From the NCBI GenBank assembly GCA_900316265.1, contig ONCH01000005.1, forward strand, positions 31,437 to 95,436: 64,000 nucleotides of DNA, given 5' to 3'. The DNA comes from an uncultured Prevotellaceae bacterium. Its GTDB lineage: Bacteria; Bacteroidota; Bacteroidia; Bacteroidales; Bacteroidaceae. Under the pieces are notes generated by a model. That model was given only the letters and a program-made list of their open reading frames with translations, was not told the DNA's origin and searched no databases. How positions within the stretch are numbered: the first letter of the stretch is position 1; each line of letters starts with the position of its first letter. Below are positions 58,564 to 64,000 of the stretch, in pieces. The position numbers were made by a program, and so were the translations under genes.

Positions 58564-58660
58564 TATCAGGCTTGTAAGGCTTCCTTATCAGGCTTACAAC
58601 TGTTGCTTATTAGGCTTGCCCGCACGCGTATCAGGCTGGCTTTTCAACGTATCAGCTGTA
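58564..58660 (+). repeat. Phased TATYAGGCT array, 5 units, period 22/22/21/21
   Basis: Units at 58564, 58586, 58608, 58629 and 58650. Confidence 0.8.
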
Positions 58661-58850
58661 TTTCTGATTGACAATACAAAGGTACGAAAAAATGCCGAGG
58701 CGCGCAAATTTTCAGTCCAAAATCCGCCATTTTTGAGGGGTATTTTTCGTGCTAATTTTGCAAGAAAATCAGAAGGGCTATAAATACAGTGTGATGAGTC
58801 AACCTTTTCAGTTTGGATAGTCAACGAAATCCGTATACGCCTGCCAAGAA

Positions 58851-59066
58851 TTGGACTTTTGGACTTTGGACGTTTTGGTGATTTTTATTTTCACAAACGG
58901 AAAGAATATTTATATATAATATATATTATTTATAATATATATTATATATAAATATTAAATTATTTAACATTTAACAATTACTCTCTTCCTTAGTCAACTT
59001 TTCCAGTCCGTTTTTTCCTTCTGTACCAAAAAATTTGGGAAAAACGTCCAAAGTCCAAACGTCCAA
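58851..59066. repeat. 216-bp element with 26-bp terminal inverted repeats and a central pure-AT palindrome
   Basis: TTGGACTTTTGGACTTTGGACGTTTT / AAAACGTCCAAAGTCCAAACGTCCAA (25/26 match); perfect 25-bp arms at 58905-58929 and 58932-58956. Confidence 0.85.
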
Positions 59067-59165
59067 TCGTCCAGCTTGACCACTCTGAATGTACTAGGAC
59101 AATAAAAACAAAAAAACAAGTTTTCCTTTGGCGCTTTGCTCACTTATTTGTACCTTTGTAGCGAC

Positions 59166-62117
59166 ATGAGAGTATTACTATTTACCATCATCCTGCAGAT
59201 GCTGTCGTTGTCGGCACGCGCACAGCTTTCAAGCTCGTTGCTTGAACGCTATAATATGTCGTGCCTTGACCTGACGAGCGGACTGCCGCACGACCACGTG
59301 AACCATATCTTTGTGGATAGTCAGGGATTTGTCTGGGTGTCCAGCTTTGGAGGTGGAGCGGTGCGCTACGACGGCTATACTTTTCAGGCGCCGCATCAGG
59401 GTGACAGTCGCTCGTGTCTGGGGTTTGCTGAAGATCGCCATCAGCGCCTGTGGATAGCCTACGACGAGGGTACGGTGGTCATGGATCTGAAGACGATGCG
59501 CAGGGTGACACCTGCGTGTGGCAAGGGATCCATTGCTGGCATGCTGGGACGCGCTACGGTGAAGGTGTATTGCGACTCGAAGGGGGCAATGTGGCAGGTG
59601 GCGCGCGACAGCATCTACCGTTATGAGTTTGACGAAGAGGGTGATGTTACCAACATCAGCCGTTGTAAATATATTGGTAATACGCCTGACATTACCATTC
59701 GTGACATCGAGAATACAGGCAACGTATGGATATCCACGTCGCTGGGTCTGTCGAGATTGACAGCTCAGGGAAATACGCTGAAGTTTACGCCTATCCATGC
59801 TGTCCTGCAGAAGCTGAAAGGACTTTTTGTCACTGATCTGCTGCGTCAGGGAAGTGCGGTATGGATAGCCACCAACCAGGGGCTTTATGCCTATCATCTT
59901 TTTCACAATACGCTTCGCGACTTCCGTCATTCCGCTGACGAGCGCTCTTTGGCGCACGATCATGCCACCTGTCTGGCGCTGACCTCCGACGGCACGCTGT
60001 TGGTAGGCACGCTGAGGGGAATCTGTGCGTACGACGCCAGCAGTTCTGGCTTTATCCGTTGGAATTCCTCAACGGCAGGCTTTCCCCTGCCTAGCAACTT
60101 CATCCGATGCCTGTTCAACTATCATGGTCAGCTATGGATAGGTACGGAGACGGCAGGCATCGTGCGACTGTTGCCCAAACCGCTGCTGTTGCAGAACTAC
60201 GTGCACCAGCAGAACAATGCGCAGTCGCTGTCGCTCAACCCCGTGAATGCCATGTACGCCAGTGTAGATGGCACGCTGTGGGTGGGCAATGTGGAAGGAG
60301 GACTCAGCAGACGGAATGCTGGTGGGCACTTCCAGCATTGGACGACCACCAACTCGGCGCTGTCGCACAACTCCGTATCGGTACTGGAGCCCGACAAGCA
60401 TGGTCGGCTGTGGATTGGTACGTGGGGAGGCGGCGTAAACTACGTGGAGATGAAAGGTGAAGGGTTAAAGGTTAAAGGTGTTGCCTTTCCTACTGATTTC
60501 CAGCGACAGACGGAGTATATCGGTGCGTTGGCGTACGATAAGTATCATGATGCGCTATGGATTGGCTCCAACGACGGCATCTTCCTGTACGACTTGAAGA
60601 CGGGCAACATCGAGGACCCGTTCCCTGGCAATCGTAATATCCGTGGGTGCATTGGTGCCTGCGTGGACCGCAACGGCCATTTGTGGATGGGCTGTTTGAC
60701 GGGCGTCTGTGACATCGACCTCCGCTCTGGTCGGGTGGGGCAGGGTAATTTCGACGTTCGCCACTTGCGTCATAAGTTGGATAAGCCCAACTCGCCAGTG
60801 GTCGATAAGATTACCTGCATCATTGAAGCCAAGGACGGGACGCTCTGGCTGGGCAGTGACGGCTACGGACTATATAAGAGGGTAAAGGTTAAAGGTGGTG
60901 GAGGAAAACAGGAAGAACGTTTCGAGGTGGTGACCACCGACGACGGACTGGCTAACAATGCTGTGAAAGGTGTGGTGGAGGACAATCAGGGACGCCTATG
61001 GATTACCACCAATAACGGGCTGTCGGTCTATGACCCTCGCCAGCACTCTTTTATTAATTATGGTGAGCGCGACGGCTTGCTGTGTCAACGCTTCTACTGG
61101 AATTCTGCTGTGAAAGGCCCCGATGGCACAGTCTTTCTGGGGAGTGTGAAGGGACTGACCGAGATACGTGGCGAGAATATGGATGCTGTCTATCCGGAAC
61201 ACCTCTCTTTCACGGATTTGATGGTGGATAATCAGGAGATTACTTCCAGCAACAGCGCTATTCTTGACTGCGACATCTCGCATGCAGAGCGAATCAGACT
61301 GCACGAGTCCAATAAGTCGTTTGCCCTGAGTTTCTCTACGCTGAGCTATGCGGGGCAGGCACAGTATTACGTCTGCAGGCTGAAAGGTTTTGAGGACGAG
61401 TGGACAACCCTGAAGCCCGGTGAACACTCTGTGCGCTATACCAGTCTGAAGCCTGGTACCTATGTCTTTGAGGTGAAGAGCAGCACCGAGGCTGGTCATG
61501 AAGGCGAAACCATCAGTATTAAGGTGGAGATAACCCCCTATTTCTGGAAGAGTTGGTGGTTCATGTTGCTGTGTCTTATCGTGCTGACAGTGGCTTTCCT
61601 GTATTTCTATAAACAACATCTGGCGGCCCTGCGCCGTCAGGAGGCTGAGAAACTGTTGATACCTATCAAGAAGGTGCTGGAGGAGTCTGATGCGCCTGAG
61701 GCCTTGCAGATACGTATTCAAAATATTCTCCACAATCAGGAACATATCAAGAAGAGTCGTCACCGTAGTGTAGAGACTGACAAGCAGCAGACCAAGCCTG
61801 CCAAGAGTTTCATGGAGCGTGCCACCGATATCATGGAGCATCACTATATGGACAGTCAGTTTGACGTCACGGAGTTTGCCGATGCAATGGGAATGAGTAA
61901 GAGCCTTTTGGCCAAGCGCATCAAGGAGGAAACGGGTCAGAGCACGAGCCAGTTTATCCGCAACTACCGCCTTAGCATTGCCCGTGACCTGATATTGGAG
62001 AACTATGCCAACCGCAATATTATGGAGATTGCCTACAAGGTTGGCTTCAATGATCCCAAATACTTCACCCGCTGTTTCACGCACTTGTACGGAATAGCGC
62101 CCAGTATGTATAAATAA
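59166..62117 (+). CDS. HTCS-like sensor-regulator (beta-propeller + YYY + TM + AraC HTH) lacking kinase and receiver domains
   Basis: Repeated LW(I/V)GT propeller blades, LKGFEDEW..YTSLKPGTYVFEV, PYFWKSWWF TM helix, then EIAYKVGFNDPKYFTRCF only ~150 aa later. Confidence 0.85.
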   Translation: MRVLLFTIILQMLSLSARAQLSSSLLERYNMSCLDLTSGLPHDHVNHIFVDSQGFVWVSSFGGGAVRYDGYTFQAPHQGDSRSCLGFAEDRHQRLWIAYDEGTVVMDLKTMRRVTPACGKGSIAGMLGRATVKVYCDSKGAMWQVARDSIYRYEFDEEGDVTNISRCKYIGNTPDITIRDIENTGNVWISTSLGLSRLTAQGNTLKFTPIHAVLQKLKGLFVTDLLRQGSAVWIATNQGLYAYHLFHNTLRDFRHSADERSLAHDHATCLALTSDGTLLVGTLRGICAYDASSSGFIRWNSSTAGFPLPSNFIRCLFNYHGQLWIGTETAGIVRLLPKPLLLQNYVHQQNNAQSLSLNPVNAMYASVDGTLWVGNVEGGLSRRNAGGHFQHWTTTNSALSHNSVSVLEPDKHGRLWIGTWGGGVNYVEMKGEGLKVKGVAFPTDFQRQTEYIGALAYDKYHDALWIGSNDGIFLYDLKTGNIEDPFPGNRNIRGCIGACVDRNGHLWMGCLTGVCDIDLRSGRVGQGNFDVRHLRHKLDKPNSPVVDKITCIIEAKDGTLWLGSDGYGLYKRVKVKGGGGKQEERFEVVTTDDGLANNAVKGVVEDNQGRLWITTNNGLSVYDPRQHSFINYGERDGLLCQRFYWNSAVKGPDGTVFLGSVKGLTEIRGENMDAVYPEHLSFTDLMVDNQEITSSNSAILDCDISHAERIRLHESNKSFALSFSTLSYAGQAQYYVCRLKGFEDEWTTLKPGEHSVRYTSLKPGTYVFEVKSSTEAGHEGETISIKVEITPYFWKSWWFMLLCLIVLTVAFLYFYKQHLAALRRQEAEKLLIPIKKVLEESDAPEALQIRIQNILHNQEHIKKSRHRSVETDKQQTKPAKSFMERATDIMEHHYMDSQFDVTEFADAMGMSKSLLAKRIKEETGQSTSQFIRNYRLSIARDLILENYANRNIMEIAYKVGFNDPKYFTRCFTHLYGIAPSMYK

Positions 62118-62139
62118 GGCTAATAAGTGGATAAAATGA

Positions 62140-62184
62140 AAGGTGGACGATTTTGTCCACCTTTATTATTATTTTGTCCACCTT
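62140..62184 (+). promoter_or_regulatory. Direct repeat ATTTTGTCCACCTT x2 (21-bp period) plus an inverted copy, upstream of the second susC
   Basis: Copies at 62150 and 62171; inverted AAGGTGGAC at 62140; TAcaTTTG -7 element at ~62203. Confidence 0.7.
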
Positions 62185-62261
62185 GATTTATGTCAAGAGC
62201 TGTACATTTGCGGTGAAAATTCAATTACATAACAATTTAACATAACCTAAAAACGTTACAC

Positions 62262-64000
62262 ATGAGAAAGAAAATGTTATTCTCTGTGATGTTCATGGCG
62301 GGAATTACAGGAGGCTTCATTGCCTGTCCGACTCCAGTCATGGCATCAGTGTCTCAGTCACAGACCCTGAAGGTCAGTGGCCAGATTGTGGATCAGGACG
62401 GACAGCCACTTATTGGCGCTACCGTCAAGGTGAAGAATGCAAAGCTCGGTGTTGTCACCGACTTTGATGGAAACTTTACCATCGATGTTGCCTCAGACGG
62501 CGTGCTTGTCGTCAGCTATGTGGGCTACAAGGATCGCGAGATTGCTGTACGCGGGCGTGCATCACTCGGACAGATTCAATTGGCAGACGACACCAACATG
62601 CTGGAGCAGGTAGTTGTCGTTGGTTACGGTACACAGAAGAAGGCCGACCTGACGGGTTCGGTATCTATCGTCAATGCCGACGAGCTGAAGCGTGTGTCCA
62701 ACTCCAACATCTCGACCATGCTTGAAGGTAAGGTCGCTGGTGTACAGATTACCTCAGACGGTCAGCCAGGTGCTGACCCCTCAGTAAAGATTCGTGGTTT
62801 GGGTACTTTCGGTAGTACCGCTCCTTTGTATGTCATCGACGGTGTACCTATGGGTACGACCATCCGTGACTTCTCGCCCAACGACATTGAGACCATCCAG
62901 GTGCTGAAGGATGCTTCTGCAGGTGCAATCTACGGTTCTCGTGCTGCAAACGGTGTGATTATCATTACGACAAAGAGTGGTAAGAAAGACCAGCCTTTGA
63001 AGGTGGACTATAAGGGCTACTTCGGTATCGACAAGATTCCCAGCAGCACTTATGACGTGATGAATGCCGACCAGTACAGCCAGTATCTGGGTCAGGCTGC
63101 AGCCAATTCCAATACTCCACTGCCTGGAGGATACAGTCTTGGTGCTGATGGTCGTTATCATTTTATGGACAACACCGATACTGACTGGTTCAAAGAGGTC
63201 TTCAAGACCGGTACTCGTCAGAACCACAACATCAATCTGAGCGGTGGCGGTGCCCATAATACATATAATGTAGGTCTGGACTACTTCCAGCAGAAAGGAA
63301 CCTTAGAGGGTGCCGGTCCTAACTACCAGCGTTTCACCGCGCGCGTGAATAATACTATGGATACGAAGTTCGTCAAGTTCCGCACCAGCCTTGTCTACTC
63401 GCACTCTGACCAGGACGGTATGGGTCTGTCGAACGCTTCAGAGTATGTACAGGGTCTGTATGGTGACGTCACCAACGTGCTGCGTGGTACTCTGCTGATG
63501 CAGCCTACTATCAAGGCTTACGACGCCAACACATGGGTACTCGACGACAAGGTAGGTTCTGCCAGCAGCTACCACTACGATGCCTACGGATATGGTGTCT
63601 ACTACGATACCATCCATGGTGATATCTCTGCTTCTAACCCCTTGCTGGTCAACAACCTGCTGACCCGTAACACCACAGTAGACCGTATCACTGGTACTGG
63701 TTCTGCTGATGTTGACCTGCTGAAGATGATTGGTCTGGAGAACAAGAACCACAATCTGACCTATCGTCTGAACCTTTCTTATAGCAAGACACACGCTACC
63801 GACAAGACATGGATTTCTGCATGGATTCAGTCAAACCGTGTCTATCTGGACAAGTCTAACGAGAAACTGACCAAGGGTACACGTGAATATACCGAGTTCC
63901 TGGTAGAAAACACGCTGACCTACGACGGAACCATCGGTAAGCACCACATCAACCTCTTGGGTGGTATTACCTATCAGGAGAACCACACCAACAACATTAC
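62262..64000 (+). CDS. susC: SusC/RagA TonB-dependent transporter (partial, runs off the window)
   Basis: My translation gives MRKKMLFS..GQPLIGATV..VVVVGYGTQKKADLTGSVS..DIETIQVLKDASAGAIYGSRAANGVIIITTK; it is absent from the ORF track because there is no stop in the window. Confidence 0.92.
   Translation, partial: MRKKMLFSVMFMAGITGGFIACPTPVMASVSQSQTLKVSGQIVDQDGQPLIGATVKVKNAKLGVVTDFDGNFTIDVASDGVLVVSYVGYKDREIAVRGRASLGQIQLADDTNMLEQVVVVGYGTQKKADLTGSVSIVNADELKRVSNSNISTMLEGKVAGVQITSDGQPGADPSVKIRGLGTFGSTAPLYVIDGVPMGTTIRDFSPNDIETIQVLKDASAGAIYGSRAANGVIIITTKSGKKDQPLKVDYKGYFGIDKIPSSTYDVMNADQYSQYLGQAAANSNTPLPGGYSLGADGRYHFMDNTDTDWFKEVFKTGTRQNHNINLSGGGAHNTYNVGLDYFQQKGTLEGAGPNYQRFTARVNNTMDTKFVKFRTSLVYSHSDQDGMGLSNASEYVQGLYGDVTNVLRGTLLMQPTIKAYDANTWVLDDKVGSASSYHYDAYGYGVYYDTIHGDISASNPLLVNNLLTRNTTVDRITGTGSADVDLLKMIGLENKNHNLTYRLNLSYSKTHATDKTWISAWIQSNRVYLDKSNEKLTKGTREYTEFLVENTLTYDGTIGKHHINLLGGITYQENHTNNI

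Noticed and set aside
1..64000. tRNA, rRNA, tmRNA, IS transposase or phage structural genes
   Set aside because: None recognised by eye; tRNAscan-SE, Infernal and ISEScan would be needed to exclude them formally.

Overview
The window looks like Bacteroidota DNA, probably Prevotella-like, judged from TAnnTTTG promoters, SusC/SusD genes and the rseC-rnfBCDGEA gene order. From left to right it holds: the Rnf operon, cysK, an outer-membrane barrel gene plus gltS, ettA, a polyprenol-phosphate mannosyltransferase, mfd, a GH97 and hsp20. Next is a 13-kb beta-glucan-type PUL (SusC, SusD, surface glycan-binding protein, GH16, GH3, SusR-like regulator) bracketed by a 113-bp direct duplication of the hsp20 3' end and terminator. 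An accessory/defence island follows (~31.9-42.95 kb) with an ATPase remnant, a VirE-N/DUF3987 primase-helicase, an AbiE toxin-antitoxin pair and a run of unrelated genes, four of which sit behind the same 48-bp element. The rest is aspS, a glycosyltransferase cluster with glf, an S8 protease, a kinase-less HTCS-like regulator and the start of a second susC. The best candidate for an undescribed system is the 48-bp-repeat array at 37847-42901, which carries a truncated sigma70 (regions 1.2-2) fusion, an AAA ATPase, a peptide with an ssrA-like tail and a possible anti-phage DNA glycosylase. Other notable signals are G-rich palindromes inserted in frame in genes, 21/22-bp phased TATYAG arrays and an inverted-repeat-bounded AT cruciform. 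I saw no rRNA, tRNA, CRISPR array, integrase or transposase. All family assignments come from motif recognition by eye; no database searches were run.
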